A stretch of 64,000 nucleotides of DNA from Planctomycetota bacterium. GTDB lineage: Bacteria; Planctomycetota; B15-G4; SIAN01. A program made the position numbers and the translations under genes. The stretch spans positions 356,809-420,808 of the forward strand of contig JANNXA010000051.1 of assembly GCA_031409275.1 (NCBI GenBank), in the 5' to 3' direction. Below, piece after piece: positions 1-9,948 of the stretch. A model generated the notes under the pieces. It saw nothing but the letters and a program-made list of their open reading frames with translations. It was not told where the DNA came from and did not search any database. How positions within the stretch are numbered: position 1 is the stretch's first letter; each line of letters starts with the position of its first letter.

Positions 1-2448
1 GTGGTGTGCGACCAGGTCGAGGACCCCAAGCAGGCGAAGGGGCTGGTCGAGCGCGCCGTCACCCGCGTCGTCACCGCCGGCACCCTCCTCGAGGAGGCGT
101 TGCTCGACAGCGGTCGGCACAACTTCCTGGCGGCGCTCGCGCTCGACCGGCGCGGCGCCGAGCCCGCCTTCGCGCTCGCCTGGCTCGACCTTTCGACTGG
201 CCACTTCGAGGCCGCGAGCTTCGTTGCCGAGCGGCTGCGCGACGAGCTGCATCGCCTCGCGCCGGCCGAACTCCTGCTGCCGCTCGCCTGGAAGGAGAAG
301 GCGCCGCCGGCCGCCGCCTACCTGCTTGCCGCTGGCGTTGAGGGCCCTGCGCTCGCGTGGCGCCCCGATCACGACTTCGCCGCCGACCTCGGCCGCAAGC
401 TGCTGTGCGAGCAGTTCGCCGTCGGCGACCTCGCCGGCTTCGGCCTCGAGCAGGACGATCCGGTCATCGGACCGGCGGCGGCGCTGGTCGCCTACGCGCG
501 CGACACGCAGCGCGGCGCCATCGACCACCTGCTGCCGCCACGGCGACGCGCCGACGACGGCACCATGCGTCTCGACCGCGCCGCGATCCAGGCGCTCGAG
601 CTGTTCGAGACGACGCGCGAGCGGCGACGCGAAGGCTCGCTGCTGGCCGTGGTCGACCGCACGCGAACCGCGGCGGGCGCGCGGCTCCTGCGCGACTGGC
701 TCGCCGCGCCGCTGTGCGACCCGGCGGCGATCGACGCGCGCCTCGCCGCCGTCGATGAGCTCGCCACGGCCGATGGCCGCCGCGGCGCGCTGCGCGATCA
801 GCTCGAAGGCATCTTCGACCTCGAGCGCATCGTGGCACGCCTCGCCGCGCGACGCGGCAGCCCGCGCGACCTCGCGCAGTTGCGCGACACATTGCGCCGG
901 TTGCCGGCGCTGCGCACTGCGCTCGCGGACGTTCGCTCGGCGAAGCTGAACGCGCTGCAGTTCCGGCTGGTGGCGCCGCCCGCGCTGCAGGAACTGCTGG
1001 AACGGGCGATCGACGATGCCCCGCCGCTTTCCACCAAGGAAGGCGGCTTCATCCGCGCCGGTTTCCACGCCGAACTCGACGAGCTGCGTCGATTGCGCTT
1101 CGACGTGCAGGCGATCCTCGCCGATCTGCAGCGCCGCGAAGTCGAGCGCACGCAGATCCCGACGCTGAAGGTCGGCTTCAACAGCGTCTTCGGCTACTAC
1201 CTCGAGATCACCCACGCCCAGCGCGATCGGGTGCCCGCCGACTACATCCGCAAGCAGACGCTGAAGAACGCCGAGCGCTACATCACGCCGGAACTGAAGG
1301 AGCTCGAAGGGCGCGTGCTCTCCGCCGAGGAGCGCTCGGTGCGCCTCGAACTCGAACTCTTCGAGCAGGTGCGCGCCGATGCGTCGACCTCGACGCGCGC
1401 GCTGCAGGAGCTCGCCGCCGCGCTCGCCGAGCTCGACGCGCTGCAGGGCTTCGCGGCGGCCGCGCGCGAGCACGCCTTCGTCCGCCCGCAAGTCGACGCC
1501 TCACGTCGTCTGGAGATCGACGAGGGGCGCCACCCGGTGCTCGCCGCGGCGCTCCCACCCGGCGCCTTCGTCGCGAACGACACGCGGCTGGGCGGCGACG
1601 GGGCGTGCTTCGCCCTGATCACCGGTCCGAACATGGCCGGCAAGTCGACCTACCTGCGACAGAACGCGCTGATCGTGCTGCTGGCGCAGGCAGGCAGCTT
1701 CGTCCCGGCGAAGCGCGCCTCGATCGGCGTGGTCGACCGCATCTTCACGCGCGTCGGCGCCAGCGACGATCTGGCTCGCGGCGCCTCGACCTTCATGGTC
1801 GAAATGGCGGAAACGGCCAACGTCCTCCACCACGCCACCGATCAGAGCCTCGTGATCCTCGACGAAGTCGGCCGCGGCACGGGCACCTTCGACGGCATGT
1901 CGCTCGCGCGCGCCCTCGCCGAGCACCTCGCCGGCACCATCCGTTGCCGAACGTTCTTCGCGACCCACTACCACCAGCTCACTCAGCTCGCCGAGGAGCT
2001 GCCAGCGGTGGTGAACCTCTCCGTCGCGGTGCGCGAATGGGGCGACGAGATCCTCTTCCTGCATCGAATCGTCGCGGGCGGTACGGACCGCAGCTACGGA
2101 CTCCATGTCGCTCGCCTCGCCGGAATCCCGCCGACGGTGATCGAGCGCGCCAAGGTGCTGCTTGCCGATCTCGAGCGACTGACGCCCGAGGTGGAGCGCC
2201 GCACGAAGATGGCGGCGCCGGCGGGCACCACGCTGCCCGAGCCGGCCGCGGGTGCGGTCGGGATCGCCGATCGAATCGCGCGCGAGCTGCGCCGGCTCGA
2301 CGTCGATCGGCTGACGCCGCTGCAGGCGCTCGCGCGGCTCGCCGAGTTGAAGCAGCTGGCGCAAGGCGAGATCGTGAATGTGAAGCGACGCGCCGAGAAG
2401 AGCGGTGACGCCTCCCCCACGCTCTTCGGTCACGGCACCGGCGCCTGA
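1..2448 (+). CDS. mutS: DNA mismatch repair protein MutS (5' end lies outside the window)
   Basis: Walker A GPNMAGKSTYLRQ, DRIFTRVGASDDL, STFMVEM, LDEVGRGT, FATHYH, SYGLHVARLAG and RKQTLKNAERY. The ORF begins inside domain I. Confidence 0.97.
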   Translation: MVCDQVEDPKQAKGLVERAVTRVVTAGTLLEEALLDSGRHNFLAALALDRRGAEPAFALAWLDLSTGHFEAASFVAERLRDELHRLAPAELLLPLAWKEKAPPAAAYLLAAGVEGPALAWRPDHDFAADLGRKLLCEQFAVGDLAGFGLEQDDPVIGPAAALVAYARDTQRGAIDHLLPPRRRADDGTMRLDRAAIQALELFETTRERRREGSLLAVVDRTRTAAGARLLRDWLAAPLCDPAAIDARLAAVDELATADGRRGALRDQLEGIFDLERIVARLAARRGSPRDLAQLRDTLRRLPALRTALADVRSAKLNALQFRLVAPPALQELLERAIDDAPPLSTKEGGFIRAGFHAELDELRRLRFDVQAILADLQRREVERTQIPTLKVGFNSVFGYYLEITHAQRDRVPADYIRKQTLKNAERYITPELKELEGRVLSAEERSVRLELELFEQVRADASTSTRALQELAAALAELDALQGFAAAAREHAFVRPQVDASRRLEIDEGRHPVLAAALPPGAFVANDTRLGGDGACFALITGPNMAGKSTYLRQNALIVLLAQAGSFVPAKRASIGVVDRIFTRVGASDDLARGASTFMVEMAETANVLHHATDQSLVILDEVGRGTGTFDGMSLARALAEHLAGTIRCRTFFATHYHQLTQLAEELPAVVNLSVAVREWGDEILFLHRIVAGGTDRSYGLHVARLAGIPPTVIERAKVLLADLERLTPEVERRTKMAAPAGTTLPEPAAGAVGIADRIARELRRLDVDRLTPLQALARLAELKQLAQGEIVNVKRRAEKSGDASPTLFGHGTGA

Positions 2449-2474
2449 AGTTCGCGGCGCCGGCAGGCCGCTGC

Positions 2475-2526
2475 TCAGCGCACTCTTACAGCGCACTTTT
2501 TCAGCGGACTCGCTCAGCGCACGGCG
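2475..2526. repeat. Four tandem 13-bp direct repeats, core (T/A)CAGCG(C/G)AC
   Basis: tcagcgcactctt / acagcgcactttt / tcagcggactcgc / tcagcgcacggcg starting at 2475, 2488, 2501 and 2514, in the spacer between convergent genes. Confidence 0.75.
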
Positions 2527-2530
2527 TCGA

Positions 2531-3430
2531 TCAGCGCGAGCCGCTGCGCGCCCGCTGGACGCCCGACGCGAGGCCGAGCGCACGGAAGGCGACGATCGTC
2601 CACCAACCGACGTCGATCTCGGCAGGCTTGCGGCCGATGCGAGCATCCGACGGGTCGTCGTGGTGGTTGCGATGCCAGTTCTCGCCCTGCATGAAGTGGA
2701 ACGGCGCGAGCCACCAGACGTTCTTGCTGCTGCCGCCGACCGAATCGGCGTCGCCGAGGTGGCAGATGCTGTTGATGGTGCACTGCAGATGGAGCGCCAC
2801 CAGCAGGCGCGCCGGACCGAGCCAGAACCAGGCCGTCGGCGAAATCAGCATCGGGCCGAAGAAGGACAACGCGAGCAGCGGAATCTGCAGGTGCGTCCAG
2901 ACGCTGTAGCGCGATTTCGACATCAGAGGGCCGCAATAGCGCGCGACCGGAGCCTGTCCGGCCTGCCAGAGCCACCGCAGATGCGCCCACCAGAATCCGC
3001 CCTGCGACGGCGAGGAGATGTCCTCGATCGAATCGCTGGTGGCGTGGTGGAGTCGATGATTCGCGGCCCAGGTCAGCGGCGTGCCCGATCCGTTCAGGGC
3101 GGCGAAGAAGATCAGCGGCTGTTCGACGAGCCAATGGAGCTTGACGGCGCCGTGGGCAAGCCCGCGATGGTAGGCCACCGTCGTTCCGAGGCCACCGAGC
3201 ATGGTGAGGACGTAGGTCGTGACCAGCAGCCCCAGCGAGGGCCGCTCCGTGATGAAGGGCGCCACCAACAGCGAGCCGTGCAGGAGGACAATCCACCCGA
3301 GCGTGGGGATGTCACCCCTCGAGCACCACCACCACGGGCGGCGCCAAGGCTCGGCGACTTCACAGTGGCGCGGACGCGCGACCGGCTTCGACTCGACGAC
3401 AGGAGCTGCAGCGGGAGGGCTCGCGAGCAC
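2531..3430 (-). CDS. Acyl-CoA/acyl-lipid (delta-9-like) fatty acid desaturase
   Basis: Three His boxes (HRGLAH, HRLHH, WHRNHH), hydrophobic TM segments, and GGAG upstream of the GTG start. Confidence 0.9.
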   Translation of the reverse strand: MLASPPAAAPVVESKPVARPRHCEVAEPWRRPWWWCSRGDIPTLGWIVLLHGSLLVAPFITERPSLGLLVTTYVLTMLGGLGTTVAYHRGLAHGAVKLHWLVEQPLIFFAALNGSGTPLTWAANHRLHHATSDSIEDISSPSQGGFWWAHLRWLWQAGQAPVARYCGPLMSKSRYSVWTHLQIPLLALSFFGPMLISPTAWFWLGPARLLVALHLQCTINSICHLGDADSVGGSSKNVWWLAPFHFMQGENWHRNHHDDPSDARIGRKPAEIDVGWWTIVAFRALGLASGVQRARSGSR

Positions 3431-3514
3431 GAAAGCTCCAGGTTCCTAGAGGGTCGCCAGGTCCGAGTGAGGGCGGCAACTTTAGCGGCCGTCCCGCCGT
3501 CGGCACTCCCGAAA

Positions 3515-3709
3515 TCAGGGGTCGGAGCAGTCGCGAATGAAGCCACAACGGGGGCAGACCACCTTGCAGTGACGGTCGAGCTGCGGTTCACCGCAAAGTT
3601 CGCAACGCGCGTCGTCGGGGGCGAAACGACGGCCAAGCGACCCTTCCGGCAACCCCTCATCGGCGATTCGCCGCACCGGCTGCTTCTCTTCTTCCGCCCC
3701 CGTGGTCAC
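3515..3709 (-). CDS. Small (64 aa) zinc-ribbon protein, CxxC...HCxxxCxxC...DCSDP
   Basis: GTG at 3709 overlaps the ubiD-family stop (GTGA). C-terminus is CELCGEPQLDRHCKVVCPRCGFIRDCSDP. Confidence 0.7.
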   Translation of the reverse strand: MTTGAEEEKQPVRRIADEGLPEGSLGRRFAPDDARCELCGEPQLDRHCKVVCPRCGFIRDCSDP

Positions 3710-5553
3710 CGGCCGCCCGCCCCCTGCGGGGCATCGAGGTGGCCTCGATCGGAGTCGCCGGCCGCCATCCCGCGGGGAAAGTACTCCGCCCAGCGGCGAT
3801 CGACGGTGGCACGGGTCACCGGGTCGCAGAAGAGCTCGTCGGGAAGATGTCCCTTCATTCGGGCATCGATCACCAGCGGCGGCCGCCGGACGAGTTGCCG
3901 CTCCACCAGGGTCTCCTCCGCCGCGAAGAGGTCGCGCGCGGGATCGAATCGAGTGAACGTGGTCCACAGGAAGTTGACGCTGCTGGCCGTCGCGCGAGCC
4001 ACGTCATCCGTCAGCACCACGAGCGGCCAGGAGCCAAGCGACCGGTCGGCGGCAAGTCGCTCCGCGAAGCCGGGATCCGCCGTGTGGAGCGGCCCCTCGA
4101 CCACGAGGCATCCCGCGCAGAACGGCGCGAGCGCACGGACCCCCGCCGGCGCCGCTCCCGAGAACTCCGTGGGCAGCGTTCGGACCGGCTCCCCGAGCCC
4201 GAGCAGGACCCCCTTGCTGCCTTGGTTCAGCTTGGCTCCTGCGTAGTCGAGCGTGTCCATCGAGAGGTTCGGGAAGACGAACAGGTCGGTTTCGATCCGG
4301 GTGCGCGCCAGCACGTGGACCAGCAGCTTCTTGAAGTCGTGCAGGTCGATTTGCTGATCGGTCAGCAGCAGGAACTTGGTGAGCGACAGCTGCCCTTCGC
4401 CAAGGATCCGGAACGCGCTGACCATTGCCTCGCGCTTGTAGCGGTCGCGAACGACCGCCGCGGCGAGCGCGTGGTAACCCGTCTCGCCGTAGGACCAGAG
4501 GTCGACGACGCTCGGCATCGCCAACGGGAACAGCGGTGCCAGCAGCCCCTGCAGGAAGTCGCCGAGGAAGAAGTCCTCCTGGCGCGGCTTGCCGACGACG
4601 GTCGCTGGCAGGATCGCATCGCGTCGGCGGAAGCGCTGCTCGACCTCGAAGACTGGGAAGTCGTGCGTCAGCGAGTAGTAGCCGTAGTGGTCGCCAAATG
4701 GCCCTTCGGGTCGCCGCACCCCGGCGCGCACCTTTCCGACCAGCGCGAACTCCGCATCGGCAAGCAGCGCATGCGGCGCGCGCGCGTCATGCACCAGCGG
4801 CAGCCGACGACCGAGCAGCAACGACGCGAGGAGCAGCTCGGGGACGTTCTCCGGCAGCGGCGCCAGCGCGGCGGCCAGCGCGGCCGGAGGGCCGCCGAAG
4901 AAGACGGTCGTCGGCAGGTCGAGGCCACGAGCTTCCGCCGCGTGATGGTGGAAGCCGCCGCCCTTGGCGATCTGCCAATGCATGCCGGTGGCGCGATCGC
5001 CGTGGCGCTGCATGCGATAGATGCCGAGGTTCCCCGGCCCGCCCGGTCGCCCGTCGGCGTCGAGCGCCTCGGTGTACACCAGCGGAAGCGTCGCGAAGCA
5101 GCCGCCATCTTGCGACCACGACTGCGTGAGCGGCAGTTCGTCGAGGCGCGGGGCCTCGACCACTTCGGTGATCGGCGCACGCGACGAACGACGCATGCCG
5201 ACGCGGGCCAGGCGAGCCAGCAGCCCGCGCGCGCGCCAGAACTTCCCAAGCGACGGCGGCGGCAGCTCCTGCGCGAATCGAACCAGATCGGCGACGAACT
5301 CGTGCGGTCGGCCAAACGCGATCTCGACCCTCCGCGCGTTGCCGAACAGGTTGGTCACCAGACGGAACGGGCTGCTTTTCACCCGCCGGAACAGGAGCGC
5401 TGGTCCGCCGGCCGCGATGACGCGACGATGGATCTCGGCCACTTCGAGACGCGAGTCGACCTCGACATCGACTTCGACGAGCTCGCCGTTCGCCGCGAGG
5501 CGGGCGAGGAGTTCACGCAGATCGGCGGGAGGCAGAGGCGCGGGGCGAGCCAT
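3706..5553 (-). CDS. UbiD-family prFMN-dependent decarboxylase (menaquinone-pathway MqnL-like long form)
   Basis: GGPALLF, NLGIYRMQ, EGPFGDHYGYY, VGKPRQED, LWTTFTRFDP and IDARMK. Start taken as ATG 5553 (MARPAP). Confidence 0.9.
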   Translation of the reverse strand: MARPAPLPPADLRELLARLAANGELVEVDVEVDSRLEVAEIHRRVIAAGGPALLFRRVKSSPFRLVTNLFGNARRVEIAFGRPHEFVADLVRFAQELPPPSLGKFWRARGLLARLARVGMRRSSRAPITEVVEAPRLDELPLTQSWSQDGGCFATLPLVYTEALDADGRPGGPGNLGIYRMQRHGDRATGMHWQIAKGGGFHHHAAEARGLDLPTTVFFGGPPAALAAALAPLPENVPELLLASLLLGRRLPLVHDARAPHALLADAEFALVGKVRAGVRRPEGPFGDHYGYYSLTHDFPVFEVEQRFRRRDAILPATVVGKPRQEDFFLGDFLQGLLAPLFPLAMPSVVDLWSYGETGYHALAAAVVRDRYKREAMVSAFRILGEGQLSLTKFLLLTDQQIDLHDFKKLLVHVLARTRIETDLFVFPNLSMDTLDYAGAKLNQGSKGVLLGLGEPVRTLPTEFSGAAPAGVRALAPFCAGCLVVEGPLHTADPGFAERLAADRSLGSWPLVVLTDDVARATASSVNFLWTTFTRFDPARDLFAAEETLVERQLVRRPPLVIDARMKGHLPDELFCDPVTRATVDRRWAEYFPRGMAAGDSDRGHLDAPQGAGGR

Positions 5554-5560
5554 CGTCACC

Positions 5561-6913
5561 TCAATCGTGGCGCAGCGTCTCGACCGGATCGAGGCGCGCG
5601 ACACGCAGGGAGGCGAGGAAGGCGAAGAGCAGCGTCACCGCGAAGGTGGCCGCCACCGCCAGGCCGATCAGCTCCGGCTGGAAGGCGACCGGAATGCGCT
5701 CGAAGAAATAGACGCCGGCGTCCCACAGCCGTTTGCCGGTCCAGCGCGAGATCCCGTCGTGGAGCGCATTGATGTTCTGCGCGATCAGCGCGCCCGAGAC
5801 CAGCCCGAGCAGGGCGCCGATCACCGTGACCAGGGTCCCCAGCGCGGTGAAGATCGACGCGATCCCCAGGGCCGAGCCGCCGAGCGCCGCCAGCGTGCCG
5901 ACGTCGCGGAGCTTCTCGCTCACCAGCAGATGGATCGAGACCAGCAGATTGAAGCCGGCGACGATGACGATGAAGAACAGGCAGAGGTCGAGCACCTGCC
6001 GCTGATTGTCGATCGCGTGGAGGATCTCGGCCGCCTTCATCTCCCAGGTCAGGATCGGCGTCTCGAAGTCGTCACGGAGACGGTAGGGAGCCAGGCGCGC
6101 TTCGAGCCGCGCGCACATCTCGACGAGGTCGACGCCTGCCGCGGCCTTCACGGCAATCTCGGTCGAGGCCGCCAGCGTGCCGGCGAAACGCTGCAACTGC
6201 GCCCGCGGCGCGTAGGCCCGCGTCAGGTCCTCGATGAAGGACTCGGTCTGGAAGGTGCCCACGACCTCGAACAGGGCCGCTTGCGCCTCGACCCCGTGCT
6301 CGCGCGTCGTCGCGTCGTCCATGTCGGGAATCGTCATCAGCTCGATCAGCGCGCCGCGCTCGAGTCGCAGCGCCTGCGCGCAGCGCTCGCCGATCAGCAG
6401 CGGGATCGCGGGCGAACTCGACGGCGGCAGATCGCCTCGATCGAACGGACGGGCGAGATCGGGCACCCGATTCGGCGCCGGAGCGCGCGCGAGGAAGCTC
6501 ATGAAATCGCCGACCGAGGCCTCCGCCGCGGGATCGACTCCGATCACGTCGAGCACCGAGCGTCGCGAGATCGAGCCGATCGCGATCACCTCCGGGAGCT
6601 TCATCCCGGGCGGCAGGATGCACGGCCGGCGCAAGCGCGGCGCCGCGCCCACCACGTGATCCGTCGCGAGGATCGTGCGGACCATCGCATCGGTCGGCAG
6701 CGTCGCGCCCGACTCGCCGCGCTGGATCACCGTCGTCTGCACGGTGATGTCGGAAGCGCTGCCGCGCCAGATGCGCGACAGCTCCTGCGTGACGCCATTG
6801 AAGATCGAATCGACCACCAGGATCGAGGCGACGCCCAGAAGGACGCCAACCACCGAAACCCAGAGGATCGGCAGGCTCTTCAGCCAGCGCCAGGCGATCA
6901 CCCAGCGGTACAT
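5561..6913 (-). CDS. LolC/LolE-like (MacB/FtsX family) ABC permease
   Basis: N-terminal TM, large periplasmic domain, IVIVAGFNLL..VSEKLRDVGTLAALG, YFFERIP and ARLDPVETLRHD. Confidence 0.88.
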   Translation of the reverse strand: MYRWVIAWRWLKSLPILWVSVVGVLLGVASILVVDSIFNGVTQELSRIWRGSASDITVQTTVIQRGESGATLPTDAMVRTILATDHVVGAAPRLRRPCILPPGMKLPEVIAIGSISRRSVLDVIGVDPAAEASVGDFMSFLARAPAPNRVPDLARPFDRGDLPPSSSPAIPLLIGERCAQALRLERGALIELMTIPDMDDATTREHGVEAQAALFEVVGTFQTESFIEDLTRAYAPRAQLQRFAGTLAASTEIAVKAAAGVDLVEMCARLEARLAPYRLRDDFETPILTWEMKAAEILHAIDNQRQVLDLCLFFIVIVAGFNLLVSIHLLVSEKLRDVGTLAALGGSALGIASIFTALGTLVTVIGALLGLVSGALIAQNINALHDGISRWTGKRLWDAGVYFFERIPVAFQPELIGLAVAATFAVTLLFAFLASLRVARLDPVETLRHD

Positions 6914-6954
6914 GATTCAGGCTCGAGCAGGGCCGCGCCGCCGCGGCGGCTGCT

Positions 6955-8256
<1,302 letters not shown>

Positions 8257-8400
8257 GGTCGCGAGCGGCCTTCCTCGAGTTCCCACCGATCTCGACGCGC
8301 TTTCCGCGATCGCCCGTCGCGTCCGTCATCGAGACTCGGAGAGGGGTCGCGAGGATAGCGCGCGCGCGCGCGTTCGCCGCGGCTGCGTATCCTGCGCGCC

Positions 8401-8904
8401 ATGACGCGCCAGGACGCCGCCACCCGTACTTGGACCGAGCTCACCCGCGGCTGCCGGGTCTTCGCGCTGGCCACCGCTTCGGCGAGCGGCAGTTGGAGCA
8501 CGCCGCTCTTCTTCGCGGCCGCCCCCTCGGGCTTCACCCTCTACTTCATCACCTCGCCCGCCAGCCGCCACTCCCGCGAGGCGCGGCGTGACCCGCGCGG
8601 CGCCGGCTCGGTCTGGAGGGTGCCTCGCGAGCTGAACGCCCTGCACGGCGCGCAGTTTCAGGGGCGGATCGTGGCGCTGCGCGGCATCTCCGCGACCGCC
8701 GCGCGCGACTGCTACTTGCGCCGCCATCCCGCCGCGGCCCGCCACCTCGCCGCCGCGACCCGCGAACGCTTCTTCGCGTTCGAGATCGACTGGGTGAAGG
8801 TCACCGACAACCGCCTCGGCTTTGGCTGGAAGGAGGTGCTGCGCCGGCCGATCGACACCCCGCCGGCCCCTCCCGCTCAGCCCGCGAAGAAACGGAAGAC
8901 GTGA
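8401..8904 (+). CDS. Pyridoxamine 5'-phosphate oxidase-like FMN-binding split-barrel protein (YhbP/UPF0306-like)
   Basis: LATA...WSTPLFF, SRHS, GAQFQG and WVKVTDNRLGFGWKE. TATCCT lies 7 nt before the ATG. Confidence 0.75.
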   Translation: MTRQDAATRTWTELTRGCRVFALATASASGSWSTPLFFAAAPSGFTLYFITSPASRHSREARRDPRGAGSVWRVPRELNALHGAQFQGRIVALRGISATAARDCYLRRHPAAARHLAAATRERFFAFEIDWVKVTDNRLGFGWKEVLRRPIDTPPAPPAQPAKKRKT

Positions 8905-9383
8905 GGCACGTAGGTGCCGCCGAACCACCAGCCGATGACGACTCCCCCGGCACCGGCAGCCCCCCAGAGGAGCATCTCCCCCGCGGCCGGAGCGAGCGGC
9001 GCGTCGGCCGGCTGATGCGGCAGCGAGAAGCCGTCGTAGACCGCTGCCGGCCCGTTGCCCGCCACGAAGTGGAGCGGGGTCGCCGCAACATCGATCAGGT
9101 GGAACGCCGCGAGTCCCGTCTGCAGCACGCAGTCGCCGACGAACAGCAGCGGCACCCAGCCGCGGGAGTGGTCCGGCCCATCGGTGAAGTTCCACGCGTC
9201 GCGCGCGGCAACCCAGGGCACCTGCAGCGGCGCGGTCACCACCACGAACAGGTCCTGCCCGAGACGGCGCGCGGATTCGGCGGGTGCCGGAAACGCGGCG
9301 CAGCCCTGAAACGCCAGCGCGGCCAGCAGGCCGACCACGCAGTCGCGCACCGGGAGAGTCACAGCGAGGCGGGCTCGCGCCAC
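8877..9383 (-). CDS. Hypothetical membrane lipoprotein
   Basis: Lipobox-like LAFQGC, further hydrophobic segments, and the GTG start lies 7 nt downstream of the previous gene's stop. Confidence 0.55.
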   Translation of the reverse strand: MARARLAVTLPVRDCVVGLLAALAFQGCAAFPAPAESARRLGQDLFVVVTAPLQVPWVAARDAWNFTDGPDHSRGWVPLLFVGDCVLQTGLAAFHLIDVAATPLHFVAGNGPAAVYDGFSLPHQPADAPLAPAAGEMLLWGAAGAGGVVIGWWFGGTYVPHVFRFFAG

Positions 9384-9390
9384 GCTTCGC

Positions 9391-9948
9391 TCAGTTGCCG
9401 GCGGCCGTCGACTTGGCCGGATCGCGTCGCACGAAGGTGAGCGAGTCAGCGTTCCAGAAGTCGGTCACGGCGTTCTCGTCGGCCAGCGTCAAGCGCGCCT
9501 TCTGCAGCTTGATGCGACGCGACTGCGACTCGCAGTTGTAGAGGAACTTCATCAACTGATCGCGGTGCTTGGGCTTGTCCTTCTTGAAGTCGACCACGAA
9601 GCTCTGGTCGACGAAGCCGCCCTTGCTGTTCTTCTCCGGATCACGCGGCTTGAACAGGTAGTCGGACGAGGGGTTGAACTGGCTGCGCTGCGCCTGCGCG
9701 CTGAAGTAGCTCAGGATCCCCGCCTTGTCGGCGGAGTCGAGCGGCGCCTTGTCGTTCTTCTTCTCGTCCTCGAGCAGCTTGATGTCCTTCGCGACCTCGC
9801 CGACTTCGCGGCAGATCGTGCTGGTGGAGACGATGTCGCGCTCGAGCGCGGTGATCTTGCGCCCGAACCAGAGCCAGCCGCCAAAGAACGCCACGATCAG
9901 CAGACCCGCCAACCAGAGCGTCAACTTGACGAAATCGACTTCCTTCAC
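9391..9948 (-). CDS. GspM/PilO-like bitopic membrane protein
   Basis: GTG 9948 overlaps the upstream stop (GTGA). N-terminal TM plus coiled coil, and it follows the PilM/GspL-like gene. Confidence 0.55.
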   Translation of the reverse strand: MKEVDFVKLTLWLAGLLIVAFFGGWLWFGRKITALERDIVSTSTICREVGEVAKDIKLLEDEKKNDKAPLDSADKAGILSYFSAQAQRSQFNPSSDYLFKPRDPEKNSKGGFVDQSFVVDFKKDKPKHRDQLMKFLYNCESQSRRIKLQKARLTLADENAVTDFWNADSLTFVRRDPAKSTAAGN

